Made by a program: the position numbers and the translations under genes. From contig LN717261.1 of the NCBI GenBank assembly GCA_001244265.2, forward strand, positions 434,001-498,000: DNA of 64,000 bases, written 5' to 3'. The notes under the pieces are model-generated. The model was not told the DNA's origin. It was given only the letters and a program-made list of their open reading frames with translations, and searched no databases. Position 1 is the stretch's first letter, and each line of letters begins with the position of its first letter. This DNA is from Microbotryum violaceum. Taxonomy: Eukaryota. This document shows, piece after piece, positions 46,419-64,000 of the stretch.

Positions 46419-48571
46419 ATCTGCTCCAAGCCAGGAAACGGCAGTTGGTGTACTAACTCGTGTTCCTGTAGAGGTTCAACTTCGTAGATGCGAGGCTCGA
46501 CAGCCGAGTCCGCGATCGAAGGAGCCTTGTCGGAGAAGGTGACATCGGAAGAGACGACAATCTTGAAAGACCGACTGTGTTCGACGCGAACCTCGTAGTT
46601 GTACTCCCCCGAATAGCCGAGGAAAGTACCCTTGACAGTATGGTCATCGAGCTTCTTACGAATCGCCTTGAGAACGAGAACGTAGGCAGTAGATCCGAAC
46701 GCGCGAAGATGCGAAACGTCGGGTTGCTTGCCGAAGAAGACCTCGAACGCAGTCTTGCCCTTGAGATGCGGGTGAGGACCGCGGTTGGAAACGAAAATAG
46801 CCGCTTCCAATGCGTAGAACCAATACTTCTTGGGAAGTCCGGAGTCCTTGAGCATGGCACGGACGAGCGCAAAGAGAGAGCCGTTCACGCGCTCCGCTTG
46901 ACCATTCTGCTGCGGCGTGTAGCGTGGAGCCAGTTCATGGGTGATGCCAAGTGCCTTGAATTCGTCGCCAAAGATTTGGTTGACTAACTCGCCTCCATTG
47001 TCAGAACGAACAAACTTGATCTTCTGACCGGACTGCCTCTCGACCTGCGCTTGAAAGCCGCGCCAGACCTCGAGGACTTCGGACGCCGACTTCGAACCAA
47101 GTGGAAAAGCCCACTTATAGGTTGAAAGTTGGTCGACGATAACCATGTAGATGGATCGTCCATTGGTATCGTCATCGTTGACGAATCCCAGATCGACCAA
47201 AACCCGTTGAAGAACATGTTCGGGTTTTCGACTGACATGATTTTGAGAGCCCGCGCGCGCCTTCGCGATGATGCACGGCTCACAGTCTTCAATCTTCTTG
47301 TCGAGTAAACGAATTCCAACGATAGCCTTGGATTTGACGAGTTGAAGAAGTGAAGAGGGTGCCATGTGTCCGAAGTTCGGATGCCCTTCCATGAGCGAAG
47401 CTCTAACGGAAGCACGGGTAGCTGCAACAAGCACAGGCTAGGGTGGAGAGACAATCTCAAAATCGAAGACGTAACTTGCTTGTTTGGCCTTCATCTTGAC
47501 AGTTTCGGCAACGAGAGAGCCGTCAAGCCAAACCTGTTGAGTATCTCCCCATGGCCATAAACCAATTTCGCACCTCCAGCGCGGAGCGCCGACATTGAGA
47601 TTAGACCATACTTCGATCCAGGGAGGTAGTACATCTCCTTGAAATTGAGAAGGTGACCTTGCGAAGTCTTAACAGACATTTGCCCATATCCAGTGGCTTG
47701 ACCAAGCGAATTGTCGGCCATTTGGACTTGAATCGGGGATTCTTTGAAGTTTGAGAGTAGCGAGCGATCGCCAACAAAGTGGTGACCAGCTCCGGTATCC
47801 GTGATCCAAACGAAGTCGGTATCGGGAGCTCTCGAGGAAGAACCAGCAAGGTAAATGGAATGGGAGTTCATTGCAACCAACGCGGGGGCTGCAGATGACT
47901 TTGAACGGTTTTCAGGGCACACAGCATCGCTAGACCAGTGTCCCTTCGCTCCACACGCATGACAGGTAGAATCGGGAGGACGGCGATTTCCCTGACCGTT
48001 GCAATTGCCTTTCTTGTGACCTCTTTTGCGACGCGGTCCCTTTTGCGATTCGCCTTGCGCAACGAGCGCAGGAACAGGCGACTGAGCAATGGCGCGTCCA
48101 GAAGTCGCGGCAGATTGTCCATTGACTCAACTTGCCAGCGAGACTTTGAACTGGTAAGACCGTGCCTCGGAAACAATCTCTGAAGGTAGAGCCAGAGGTC
48201 GACGCAGTGAGCTTGTGAACGACTCGTGTTGCGAGTCGAAGACGGAATTGAGCATCAGCGTCGACTGCTGAGCTGGTGGCATCCCAGAGCCACACGCCTC
48301 AAGATCTTGCAAAATTCCTTGAATGGTGATCAAGTGGTGCAGTAACTGCCCACAATCGCCAGACGAGAACTTGCGCGCATAGAGCTCAGTCGTCAAGGCG
48401 GAAATCTGAGCGCTCATCCTTCCTAGGTAGAACGTGTTCAGCGAGTCGAGTATGTCATAAGATGTGTAACAACCCCTGACCAAGTGAAGGTTGGCCTCAT
48501 CGAGAAACTGAATGATTTCAGCTTGAGCTCGAACCTCCTTCTTTAGCTCCATGGCAATCTTTGCGTCCATA

Positions 48572-48962
48572 CATCAGCAAAATGGCCACGCGCGCGAACC
48601 CGCTTAAGGATTCGCCCGAGATTACGTGCGCTTAACGGTGCATAAGATGCGCATAAGGACGCATGCACGCATAAGAGCGCTTACGGACCGCTTTGCGTAT
48701 GCAAACAAAGCGCGCGAGGAGTCTTAAGCGCGCCGTAAGTGCGCCGTAAGAGTCCCTTATCTAGGGTACACTTAAGCGACACTTTTTTTATTTGATAGAC
48801 TTCATTAACAGCATAATTATATTAATACCTAGAAATCTTCGGAACACTTAACGCGCGCGCGGCTTAACGAGTGGTTAAGGGCGCTAAGAGCAGCTTTAGG
48901 CCGCTTAACGACTGCTTTACGAGGTTTCGCGCGCTTACGCGCGTTTGGCCATTTTGCTGATG
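48572..48962. mobile_element. 391-bp MITE (Tc1/mariner-type by TA duplication) inserted in Copia-4 gag
   Basis: 17-bp perfect TIR CATCAGCAAAATGGCCA; TA at 48570-48571 and 48963-48964. Excision restores the gag frame DFAA-MDAK. Confidence 0.93.
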
Positions 48963-49596
48963 TAGCTGCGAAGTCAAGCCGCTCGAGGGGCGAGTGGAAG
49001 CCACACGATCGATCGTCGATTGCGGCTTGGAGAACAGCCTCCGCAGCCGGGCTCATCCGCCTCGAGGCGCAAAGATGCAAATCCTTGGACCCAAGACGAC
49101 CAATCAGACGTCGACGCCAATCCATATAGTTGGCTGCCCGAAGAATTGGGACATGTAATCCACGTTCACTCGTTTCGGTAGAGTGTGTTTCGGTGTCCAT
49201 TCCGATGTTGGTGGTGCGATGTGAATCGCTTTGCTGACCCGGGCCTCCTACGCTACCCGTTGGACTCATAACCTAACGCAGAAAAGATGCGAGCGCGGAA
49301 GTAAAGCCTTCCGATAGGTGAGGGTGCACGACGCCGAGAAGTCAGGACCACAATGTAGAGCGAGTGATTATAAGTATTCCAGTAACTAACCTTCCGATAG
49401 GTGAGGGTGCACGACGCCGAGAAGTCAGGACCACAATGTAGAGCGAGTGATGAGAAAGCTATCAAGAGTAAACAGCCGCGCGGGAAGAAAGCCCCGTGCG
49501 CTCCCTAACTTAAACAGATCAAACTCCAATACCAAAGTGACTAACGACTAAACGCACGCGCATCCGCGCAGATACCACAGGCACAGACACATATCA

Positions 49597-51167
49597 AATG
49601 ACAGCAACTAGGCCCGTATCGGACTTGCCCCGCGAGATTTGTGTCGCACCGCCGTTGGCCGCTTTCCACGAATCGGCACAGGCCTTCAAGACGCGAGAGG
49701 AAGGGCGTCAGCGCGTTGAAAGGATCGCAGGGGGCGGCTCGGATCAGCGGACCTTTTCTGACTTCTTGCTGTTGCCACCATCATAGATCTCCTTCATCGA
49801 TTGAGCTCGTCTTCGCCGATGAAGAGGGCTGGTGTCGACTCCTGAGGATCGTATTTGGCTGAGGTGTCGCAAGAATGTTGGAAGTTGCCATCCAGAGCGA
49901 CAAGATGCTGCACTTCGACTCTATGGTGGGCTTGGTTTAGACGCGTCGATCCGTAGCATGCTGGACACTTATCCGAGAGAGAATCCGCGACACCGAGGAC
50001 GAGGTCACCCAATTCTCGCTCGGATGTCGTGAGAGCCCGAAATTCGTCAAGGGCGCGCTGGAGTTGCTTTCGCAACTCCTTGTCCTGCGCAAAGGATGAT
50101 AAACATCAGATAATGCTCAATAGCAATCATGACAGGAGGTCGAACTCACGAATTTATGCTGACTCAGGCCCGGCCGACCCCATCCAGTTTGGTCATAGAA
50201 ATGTCGAGCCCGCGAGCTGCTCCATCGACAGGAAACGGCGCGGTGCTCCACCAGGAGTCGAAAAATTGGAGAAGTCGAAAGGTGAATGCAGAGCGAGGAG
50301 CAGCTGTGGTCGATCAGATTAATCCTGTCTGAGCAAGGCGCTCGGCGTACGTAAGGCATGGGCTAGCGCTGCTGGATCTCGGACAAAAAGCGATCGGTAC
50401 CTTGACCACTGCATCGATTCGACCTTGTCAGCGCGTTATTCAACACAGTGAACCAACTTGCCTTATTCACATACAACTTATGAGGTCGTACACGTCAAGC
50501 AGTAATGTGAGGGGGCTCTTGCATGAACAAGGCGGCGGCACTTCGCTAGCGACCGAACCCTGGCACAGCTCCTCGTCCACGTCAATCAAGGGCCGTAGAT
50601 GACCTTTGACCCCAACGCAAAACGCGATATACTGGCGCAGAAGCGCTGGCCGTTCCAAGCGCCTAAGACGAGAGTCGCTGAACACGAACTGCTTGTACGT
50701 TTCTTGCTTCGACTGACCACGTGTGGCTGGTTCGAAACTTTCGTCTTGGCGCAGATCAGCCAGTGATAATCGCTCGGCGGTTGCACTATAGTCAGGCGCG
50801 ATTGGTATATGGGATGTTCGATCCGGAAAGTATGGGGCCGGACTAAAGTCGCGTTCATAGCCACCACCGTACTCGCTGTGGCGTTCATCATCCCAATCCA
50901 TCCCACTCGGGTTGGCGGCTTCGTCGAAATCGGCCTGAATCGGAGGGGCCATTGGAGGTTGAGGAGACGGCGAGCTAGCTTCGCCACGAGCATGTTCATT
51001 GAAGGTTCTTTGCTGAATTTGGCGCGCAGTGTACGTAACCATGTGCCGGGTTCCGGGATGTTGGTGCGGAGTTGAGGGTCCGAACGAAGGCGTTGGGGCT
51101 TATAGTCAGGATGTCCCTCGAAGTAGTCAGGTCGGAACTTGAAGCGATTCCATTTATGCCTGCCCAT
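49597..51167 (-). pseudogene. KDZ (Kyakuja/Dileera/Zisupton-type) transposase with CxC1-like domain, truncated by Copia-4
   Basis: PPPCSC; GLI*STTAAPRSAFTFRLL; LRKQLQRAL; CPACYG; LVALDGNFQH; CADSWKAA..DTGLVAVI, cut just before the expected CRH. Introns present. Confidence 0.85.
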
Positions 51168-51590
51168 TGTCTGATGCAAATTCGAGAATGTATTACTGTG
51201 TGATACAATAGTTGGTGCTCGTCTTAGAACTGAGGCAGGTCTGATTTGGCGCTGAGCGGGGGGAGGCTTGAAGAGACAGCTCTGCGGGCGACTGCACAAG
51301 TACTCCCTAATAATAGGTCAATCTCATTAGCAAGTTGCCCTAGTCCTCGGGCCGTCCAGCAACCCGGGTTACAGGGGGGGGCAACATGTATGGCTACGCC
51401 GCGCGGAAGCGAGGGTCGGAGGCGCGCTGCGTGCGCCACTTTTTAGCGTGCCTATATATATAGCCAGAGGTGACCTCTATATATATATAAAAGCACGCAC
51501 ACATAACCGCTCTACTCGCTTGTCACTTTGGGCTCACATAAGGTCGGCTTTTGGGCCCCGTCGGAGGCACTCTGGTCCCACATCGGAGGC

Positions 51591-52112
51591 TGTCATCGTG
51601 TACACTACATTGCAGGGGCGCTCTCAACTCCAGCATACGGAGATTGGGGGATGGGAACTCGGGCGCGCTCGGACCTCTTTAGATTCTGACTTAGATTACC
51701 CGAGGCAGCGACTAGCGCGGCTCTCCCTCTCTTTTCCCTTAACGTTCCCTATCCTCTTCTACTCGGCATCTTCGTTTGCTCACTGCGCTGCTCCTCATAG
51801 GTTAGTGTAATACATTTCGAACGTTCCCTATCCTCTTCTACTCGGCATCTTCGTTTGCTCACTGCGCTGCTCCACATAGGTTAGTGTAATACATTTCGAA
51901 CGTTCCCTATCCTCTTCTACTCGGCATCTTCGTTTGCTCACTGCGCTGCTCCACATAGGTTAGTGTAATACATTTCGAACGTTCCCTATCCTCTTCTGCT
52001 CGGCATCTTCGTTTGCTCACTGCGCTGCTCCTCATAGGTTAGTGTAATACATTTCGAACGTTCCCTATCCTCTTCTACTCGGCATCTTCGTTTGCTCACT
52101 GCGCTGCTCATA
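51591..52112 (+). mobile_element. Solo LTR (522 bp, TG..TA) containing a 79-bp tandem array
   Basis: TSD GAGGC at 51586-51590 and 52113-52117; removal restores the host repeat catcggaggc|gactctgg. Confidence 0.8.
51741..52112 (+). repeat. 79-bp tandem array of intron-shaped units
   Basis: GTTAGT starts at 51801, 51880, 51959 and 52038, each preceded by CATAG; branch-like GCTCAC ~17 nt before each AG. Confidence 0.95.
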
Positions 52113-52889
52113 GAGGCGACTCTGGTCCCACACCGAAGGCGACTCTGGTCCCACATCGGAGGCGACTTTGGGATCACAGATCACATCGGAGCGGACTTTG
52201 GGATCACATCGATGCGGACTTTGGGATCACATCCGAGGTCATTCTTGTACCACGTTCATGGGAACTTTGGTACCACATAGTGTAGAGGCCTGTATCTCTT
52301 GCAATATGTGATGTATCACTCTGGGGAATGTAGTATGATGTATGTACAGGTCTATAGTACTTCTGGCGGGTGAGACGAGGCGGACAATGCAGTAGTTGCT
52401 ACATCGGGGTTCTTCCCCGCTGTGCCGCTCCGCGCCCGTGTCAGCGGTTAAACCTTACGCCGATCGTCACGAGGCAGCAATTGTAGCTTGCAATAAATAT
52501 CATAGGGTGGAGCAAACGTATTTTCTTGTTGACTAGAATACTTATGCGGTAATGGCATAATCACTACATGGGTGAGCTGTAGTGTTCCTTAGGCCTGCAA
52601 TCGTTAGCACCCTTATTCGAGAAAATTCAAACATTCGGCGAAAGCCCTGGGGCCGCGCCAAAACTCGCAGGCGCTCGTCGTTTGACGGGCTACACCGGCA
52701 AACTCACGAATGCCCCTGAAAGCAGCTCCTTTCCTCAGAGCTTCACACGCTCACTGGTCTTTCCCCCCACTCTCTCTATCTTCTTACACATAAAGTCCTC
52801 ACGTAAACACTCCTCCCTATCTTAGTCGCGCGGAAATACTGTGCATCTCGAGCAAACGACGCCCAGTGAAGGGTTTACCTTCAAGGTAG

Positions 52890-57447
<4,558 letters not shown>

Positions 57448-60400
57448 GGAAGAAAAAGTGCACCACCTATAGAGGTGGCAGCAGTAGGACGATACGCAGC
57501 AGTGTCAGAACCGATAGTTGAGGAACAAGTGATTAAAGAAAAGCTAAACAAGGGAGTCCGCATTGCGAAGGCATAGGCCCACGCGCAAGAATATAATCCA
57601 CTCAGACACTAAGTTTAAACCACTGCCTTAAAACCAATCGAGCCCTGGGCGCGCTCCGCGCCTTGTTACCGATGGCCTACCACTTAGACAACACTCCCCC
57701 TGGTCGAGGTAGCGAGAGAAGCCATACCAAGTCCAGCGCAATGCTTGAGAAAGAGTGCTTTAGGCAGTGCCTTTGTGAACATGTCGGCCGTGTTGAGAGC
57801 GGTCGGACAGTATTGAAGGGTGATGTCACCGAATTCAACGTGTTCACGTACGTAGAAATGGTGCACGTTCCAGTGACGAGTGCGACCACGATGAGCGGGA
57901 TTGCGGGCGATAGCGATACAAGCTTCGTTGTCTTCATGTAGAACAGTCGACGAGGTTTGATCGATGCTCAATTCGAGAGCGAGAGAGCGAAGTCCAACTG
58001 CCTCTTTGGAAGCAGCAGACGCAGCAAGAGTTTCAGCCTCGGTTGTGGACGTAGCAACGATAGATTGCTGTTTGCATTGCGCGCATGGCAACATAGCCGC
58101 CGGTTGATTTACCGTTGTCCCAGTCGTCGGCCCAAGACGCATCAGAGTAGATCTCAAACTTGGTAGAAGCGCCAAAACGAAAGACAATACCGAGGTTGAC
58201 AGGCGTAGAGAGATAACAAAGGATACATTTGATACATTTGATAGCGATCCAGTTCGTCATGGTAGGCGCAGCGACGTGCTTAGCGACAGAACAAACAGCA
58301 TTGGCGATCTCCGGACGAGTGCGATGAGCCGCATATTGCAAAGCACCAACGGCCGATTGATAAAGTTTGACATCCGTGAAAGGTTCATTCGATTTGACGA
58401 CGTTCCGATCTTCCATTGGAGATGAGACCGGACGGTTCGAGACAGAATCGAACGCATAAGTCTCAAGGAGACCACAAACATACATACTCTGGTGTACCAT
58501 GATGTATTCGGAAGTGCAATGGAACTCTAGGCCGAGGAAAGTTTTGACAGGACCGAGTCGTTTAAGCGAGTATACCAAATTGAATGCAGATAGTTCATCA
58601 TTGAGAAACTGTTGGTCGTTCGAAGCAGCGAGTCCATTGTCGACATAAAGTGATACGAAAATGAACCGGCGACCTTTGCGTTTGAGGTAGAGACAAGCGT
58701 CCGACGTAGAGCAATGGAAGCCACGAGTCTTCATGAGGTCATTGACCACAGCATACCATTGACGAGGAGCTTGCTTTGTTCCATACATTGACTTGAGGAG
58801 TTTGAGGACTGAACCGGGCTTGTGTGCAAGCGGCCAGCCATCAGGAACCTTGATATAAACATCTTCTGTCATTGTGCCATTGAGAAAGGCTAAATCATAG
58901 TCGAACTGTTCAAGGACGAGGCCTTGGGCAGCGGCGATAGCGATGAGGAATAGGATGGTAGAAAGTGAAGCAACGGGAGCAAAGTTGTCGATGAAATTGA
59001 CACCGTACGTTTGTGAATAGCCTTGAACAATGAGACGAGCCTCGTACTTGGTGATATTTCCTTGTGCATCTTCTTTACGTGTGTAGATCCAACGAACACC
59101 ATGAGCGCGCATACCAGTTGGAAGAGTAGTGGAAGCAAAAACCTTGAGTTCGACGAATTTCGCAATCTCGGCGGCTTCGGCGGCTTTCCAGAAAGGAGCT
59201 TCGATGGAGGCCATAGCTTCTTCATGAGTACGAGGTAGTGCGAGGTTGGTGGGTGAAACACGGGCAACAAGTTCAGGAGGATTGAGATAGATGTGATTTG
59301 TATCGATGACCGAGTAAGCAGCGTGGCGACGTTGACGGCGGGAACCAGCGGGCAAGATATTATCCTCGTTGATGTTTTCTAGAGGACCCGGATTGCGACT
59401 GACATTGTAAGGACGATATTCATGGCCATCATTAGGGTAAGCAAGATTGTCAGCTTCATTATCGGACCCAGGATCAGGTGTCACTGGCCTAGAAGCATGA
59501 TCATCATCATCTCCAGCTGAGTGCTAGGAGCGAGACTAACCGGTGTTACTGGGCGAGGTGCAACAGCAGGACCAGGTACATCTGCGCGAGGTGCTTCAGG
59601 AAGGTGGACATCGTCCTCAAGTTTGATGAAGTTTTGATCAGGTCGAAGTTGAGGAACCATTTCGTACTTGTAAAGATGTTCAACGACAAAATCGCGAGGA
59701 TCAGACTGAATGTCAATGATCGGAGTAGACGAGGTCGATGGAATGTCCGAAAAAGTCACATCTCGAGTGATAATGACCTTGGGTGTGGTGTTTTGATCAA
59801 CAAGGATGAGATAGTTGTATTCACCGCTGTAGCCAAGAAAGATGCCCTTTTGTGAATGATCGCTCAACTTCTTGCAAAGTGCCCTAGGTAGTAGTGCATA
59901 GGCGGTAGAACCGAAGGTATGAAGATGCGAAACGTCGGGCTTGTGATCAGTGTAGAGTTCATACGGCGTCTTGCGCTTAGAAGGATGAAGCGAGCGGTTG
60001 AGAGCAAACGTGACCAATGCAAGAGCGTAGGACCAGTATTTTCCGGGAAGACCAGCGTACTTGAGCATTGCACAAACGAGATCAAAGAGGGTGCAATTAG
60101 CTTGTTTGGCTTGACCATTTTGTTGCGGGGTGTAACATGCGGTAGTTGTGTGTGTGATACCAAGACGATGGAACTCATCACCGAGAAGTCGATTGACAAA
60201 CTCAGTACCATTGTTGGAACGAACAAACTTGACCTTTTGACCAGTCAGGCGTTTGGTGTAGGTGATGAAAGAATTCCATGCTTTGAGTACGACGGCGGCT
60301 GTCTTGGAGACAAGCAGATATGTGAACTTTGTGTGTGAGAACTGATCGACGATAACAAGATAGATTGATCGGCTTTGGAAGTCTTCATAGTCAACAAATC

Positions 60401-62406
60401 CCAAATCCATAGAGATGCGATACAGAACGTGATCTGCCCCCCGGGATTGTTGATTATGAGGAGTTGCCGTCATTTGAGTAAGGATGCACGATTCGCAGTC
60501 AACGACAGTTGTGTCAGTCAAACGAAGGCCAGTGACCGCTCCCGCACAATGCAGGGCGAGGAGCGAAAGTTGCGAAATATGGTTGAAAAACAAGTGCCAA
60601 GAATAGAGTGAAGCGCTAGTCGATGATCGAGTGACAGCATTGACAGGTTCTTCAGGAACCACAGTGAGATTGAAGTTGTAATTGGTGTCAATTTCGGTGC
60701 TGGCAACAATGTTATTGCCAATATGCACATTGATAGTCGAACCGTCATCTCCGAACAATAGTTTAGCTCCGGCGATACGGAGTGCCTTGAAAGAGACTAG
60801 ACCTTGTTCAGCGCCGGGGAGATGATAAACCTTCTGAATGTTGAGCGTATGATTCTTGTTCGTGCAAACGGTAATGGAACCATAGCCTTTACAGAGAACC
60901 GGGGAACCATTTGCTACACGGACCATGACCGCGTCGAGAGTGAAGTTTCGCAAAAGTGAACAATCACCGACAAAGTGACGATGAGCGCCAGTATCGCCAA
61001 TCCACGTGTTCCGGAGCAGGGCGGCATCCGAAAATTCACCGATGGAGTAAATGGTATAGTTTGTTGACATTTCAGTCACCGCGTTTGCATCGACGGCCGA
61101 ACTACCAGACTTGGATTTCCATTCTGAGTGTCGTTTGTGTTGAGGGCACTTCATGTCGATGGACCAATGTCCGTTTTCTCCGCAAGCAGTACAGACGCAG
61201 TTGGGTTTGCGCTTCGGTCCTTGGTTCTTCTTCGAGCCCCCTCGCTTTCCACCATTTCCCTGACTCGCGTCCGAAATACGAGCGGTGAGAGGAGTAGGCA
61301 AAACATCCGAAAGTTTGTTGACCGGTGGAGTAGAACGAGGTAAAAACCGAGCTTGAAGTTCGAGCGAAGTCAGCTTGGACCGAGTGTAGGTGATGGTTTC
61401 CGCCGGTGGAGCGAGCGAACGACGAAGGTTGTCCAAAGTCGAAGCCCAGGCGGGATGAGTGACCGAGTCCAGCATCAGATTCGACTTGTAAAATGACATC
61501 GAAAGATTGGCCAAGCTCGTCGAGCCGAGTAAAGAGATCTTGTAAAGTAGTGAAGTGCTTCACAATCTCTTTTCCTTTTGAGAATTGGAGATTTCGAAGT
61601 TGGGCCGTCAAAAATCGAACTTGATCAGAGATCAATCCTACGTGGTTGTTGTGTAGACTCTCCACATCTCATTTGAAGTCGTGCAGGCGCGAGCGGTGAC
61701 AGTGTTGTCTGAGTCGAGGTAATTCAAGATGAGAGATTGAGCCTTGGCGTCTTGTTTAAGTAACGCCTTTTGGCGCGCGGTGAGCAGTTCAGGCGCCAAG
61801 AGCAGGTCGAAAACTGTAAGACGAGGGCCCGCACCGGGGCGAAGGCCAAGTCCCAAGGTGGAGGCTTCGGTTTTGGAAAAACCGAGGCTGACTATGCCCC
61901 ATAAGTCGTGGTTGACGAGGACGAGTTTCAAACCACGTTCCCAGGCACGGTAGTTGCCTGTTTTGAGTATCGGTACTCGGTTGACATCTGATCTCAAGTG
62001 GTAGGAGATCAGATCGGCAGGGGGTGCGTCCCCATCGCCTGTTTCGACGTAGAGCGTCGAGCTCATAACCTGAAGTAAAAAGTGCACCACCTATAGAGGT
62101 GCAGTGGCAGCAGTAGGACGATACGCAGCAGTGTCAGAACCGATAGTTGAGGAACAAGTGACTAAGTATTGCAACTAACCTATAGAGGTGGCAGCAGTAG
62201 GACGATACGCAGCAGTGTCAGAACCGATAGTTGAGGAACAAGTGATTAAAGAAAAGCTAAACAAGGGAGTCCGCATTGCGAAGGCATAGGCCCACGCGCA
62301 AGAATATAATCCACTCAGACACTAAGTTTAAACCACTGCCTTAAAACCAATCGAGCCCTGGGCGCGCGCCGCGCCTCGTTACCGATGGCCTACCACTTAG
62401 ACAACA
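57448..62406 (-). mobile_element. Ty1/Copia element (Copia-5), full length, decayed
   Basis: LTRs ~57448-57693 and 62071-62406; partial TSD TTTG(C); PBS GGTTATGAGCTC; CTACGENGHWSIDMKC; WIGDTGA; RT MYGTKQ, YVDN; PPT AGGGGGAG. Confidence 0.94.
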
Positions 62407-63151
62407 TTTGCGCTGCCCCTTTACCAGATTATCCTTCTCGAACACCAGTTCTACTCTTCCCAACTCATGTCACCAATCATTGGATACTTGTCGAGGCACG
62501 CCTTTCGGATTGCACATTTCGGGTGTACGACTCTCTTTTTGGCAGGGAGAACATGCGCAAGGAGGCAAACAAAAGTCTCGATGTGAGTTCATCCCCATGA
62601 CCATCACAAAGCACTTTCAAAGGCGCTCAAACTCTGCGCAGCTGCTGACGTCATTCGCCCTTTCTGCCTGCCAATCAATCATCACTTTCTTGGAAACTCG
62701 TGCAGAGAGACCGATAGAGCGCATCACTGGAGGCATCGATCGACCGACGGTCCCGTACAGAAATTGGAAGCGATTGATTGTCAAAGCGGCGAAGGCCGGC
62801 GATCAGCCTCAACCGGATAGATATCCTCAACAGACTGATGGCAACGCGTGTGGGGCGTTCGTGTGCCGAGCGATGATAACCCTGGTATGCGCAGCAGTCG
62901 CCAAAATGGAACCCGATTGGAGCTGGGGCCCACAGGTTGAGCCGGGAAGATTTTATTCAGAGCTTCGAGACTATATGTTGGATGTCACCCTGCACTCTCG
63001 TCTACGATGCGACATGAGCTCGTCTTGGTTTTCGGGCTCGCCGGAGTCTCCAACCGTCTCGTGTGCTACTCGTGATCCAGACAACACAATGGATAGCAGG
63101 AAGCCTCATGGCAATACACAGCCTGGAGATCACCTCGGTGAGTTCGAATAA
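62407..63151 (+). pseudogene. Ulp1/C48 SUMO-protease domain; probable C-terminal part of the Mutator-like gene
   Basis: LLFPTHVTNHWIL (His), VYDSL (Asp), PQQTDGNACGAFV (Gln, Cys); GTGAGT donor at ~62583. Same strand as, and contiguous with, the DDE-SWIM gene once Copia-5 is removed. Confidence 0.85.
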
Positions 63152-63621
63152 GATATTGAAGCTCCTGCATGCTCTATTGTCCTAAGGAGCTCTGCTCTTC
63201 TCCTCCTCCTCATGTCCCTTGTTGTTTCGGAATGACTCACCCCTGATCTCATCACTCGGCCATTGTTTCGTACCAAACTACTACTCTCCCTGCCTTGCTG
63301 CCCTTCGCTCTCTCGTATGTAACATAGGATACTCGACGTAAGTGCTACCAAATCTGTCCTGCGAATGTTATTCAAAGTCCCTACCCTTTGCACCGATCCC
63401 GATCCCTGCTACTGAGACTTGCGCCTGTTTTAAGAAGAGCTTGGTGTCAATATCTCAATATCTAGTTTAGTTTATGCTTGACGGGGGCAGAAGTGCTGAC
63501 AATTTATTTTAGTGCGGAGAATGCTCTCTGCTTCAAGTTTGAGCACTCACCGTCCACTGGGTTGGAGGCAAGTCATGCCATGCCATGAGTCATGAGTCAG
63601 GACCGAGCCCTTGCGCAAGCG

Positions 63622-63624
<3 letters not shown>

Positions 63625-63666
<42 letters not shown>

Positions 63667-63760
63667 CTGTCTCTTGTCTCTTTTTTTTTTTTTTCGCGCC
63701 CGATTCTCGTGTCCCTCCCGGCGCCTCATTTTTTTTCTCTATCTTTTCTTTTTTTTTTCC

Positions 63761-63794
<34 letters not shown>

Positions 63795-63880
63795 CTTTTC
63801 TTTTCTTTTCTTTTCCTTTCTTTTCTTTTCTTTTCCTTTCTTTTCTTTTCTTTTCCTTTCTTTTCCTCTCCTCTCCTCTC
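63625..63880. repeat. Poly-T / (CTTTT)n low-complexity tract
   Basis: Long T runs followed by cttttcttttc repeats. Confidence 0.95.
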
Positions 63881-64000
63881 CCCCACCCCCCGACATGGGT
63901 ACGGGCCCAAAAGTTTCGCGAGTGTGGAGGCAATAAGCACTGCCGTTCGAGCGAAACGAATAAGGTGCAGAAGCGAACAGGCATTTCTCTCGCCTACTCC

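Larger units (their letters stand above)
45698..49596 (-). mobile_element. Ty1/Copia element (Copia-4), 3'-truncated at the start of RT
   Basis: 5' LTR 49274-49596 (TGATATG..); PBS GGTTATGAGTCC; gag 48829-49269 + 48127-48570; WITDTGAGHH; integrase RSDNGGE, NGQAER. Confidence 0.92.
51515..52280. repeat. ~21-22-bp subterminal-type repeat cluster (ggaggcgactctggtcccacatc), split by a solo LTR
   Basis: Degenerate copies at 51515-51590 and 52113-52280. Confidence 0.75.

Noticed and set aside
51741-52112. CRISPR-like regular repeats
   Set aside because: Units are wholly repeated with no unique spacers, there are no cas genes, and the context is a eukaryotic LTR.
63896-63915. Possible TIR match (acgggcccaaaag versus cttttgggccccgt at ~51548)
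   Set aside because: Only ~13 imperfect bases, no TSD, and the window ends.
63547-63984. Poly-Lys / poly-Phe ORFs
   Set aside because: Translations of a poly-T/CTTTT tract, possibly low-quality sequence.

Overview
Eukaryotic, almost entirely transposon-derived window. Short GT-AG introns, KDZ and Ngaro elements and CpG-focused C->T decay point to a basidiomycete fungus (Pucciniomycotina/Microbotryum-like; this is inference). Bases 2134-32377 are a head-to-tail array of at least four Helitron units on the minus strand: one ~8 kb RepHel-encoding unit with a second multi-exon gene, plus deletion derivatives. A Ngaro-type tyrosine-recombinase retrotransposon (itself holding a chromoviral Gypsy) and a second Gypsy are nested in this array. 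The right half holds four Copia elements, a truncated Gypsy, a TA-targeting MITE, two solo LTRs, a truncated KDZ (CxC1) transposase and a multi-exon Mutator-like DDE-SWIM-Ulp1 gene; a further Copia remnant occupies 1-2133. Nearly all coding regions are pseudogenised. The most unusual observation is that four dissimilar LTR families each carry a copy-number-variable unit (0, 1 or 4 copies) shaped exactly like a spliceosomal intron (AG|GTTAGT..AATAC..branch..AG) that duplicates the adjacent LTR sequence. All alignments were made by eye.
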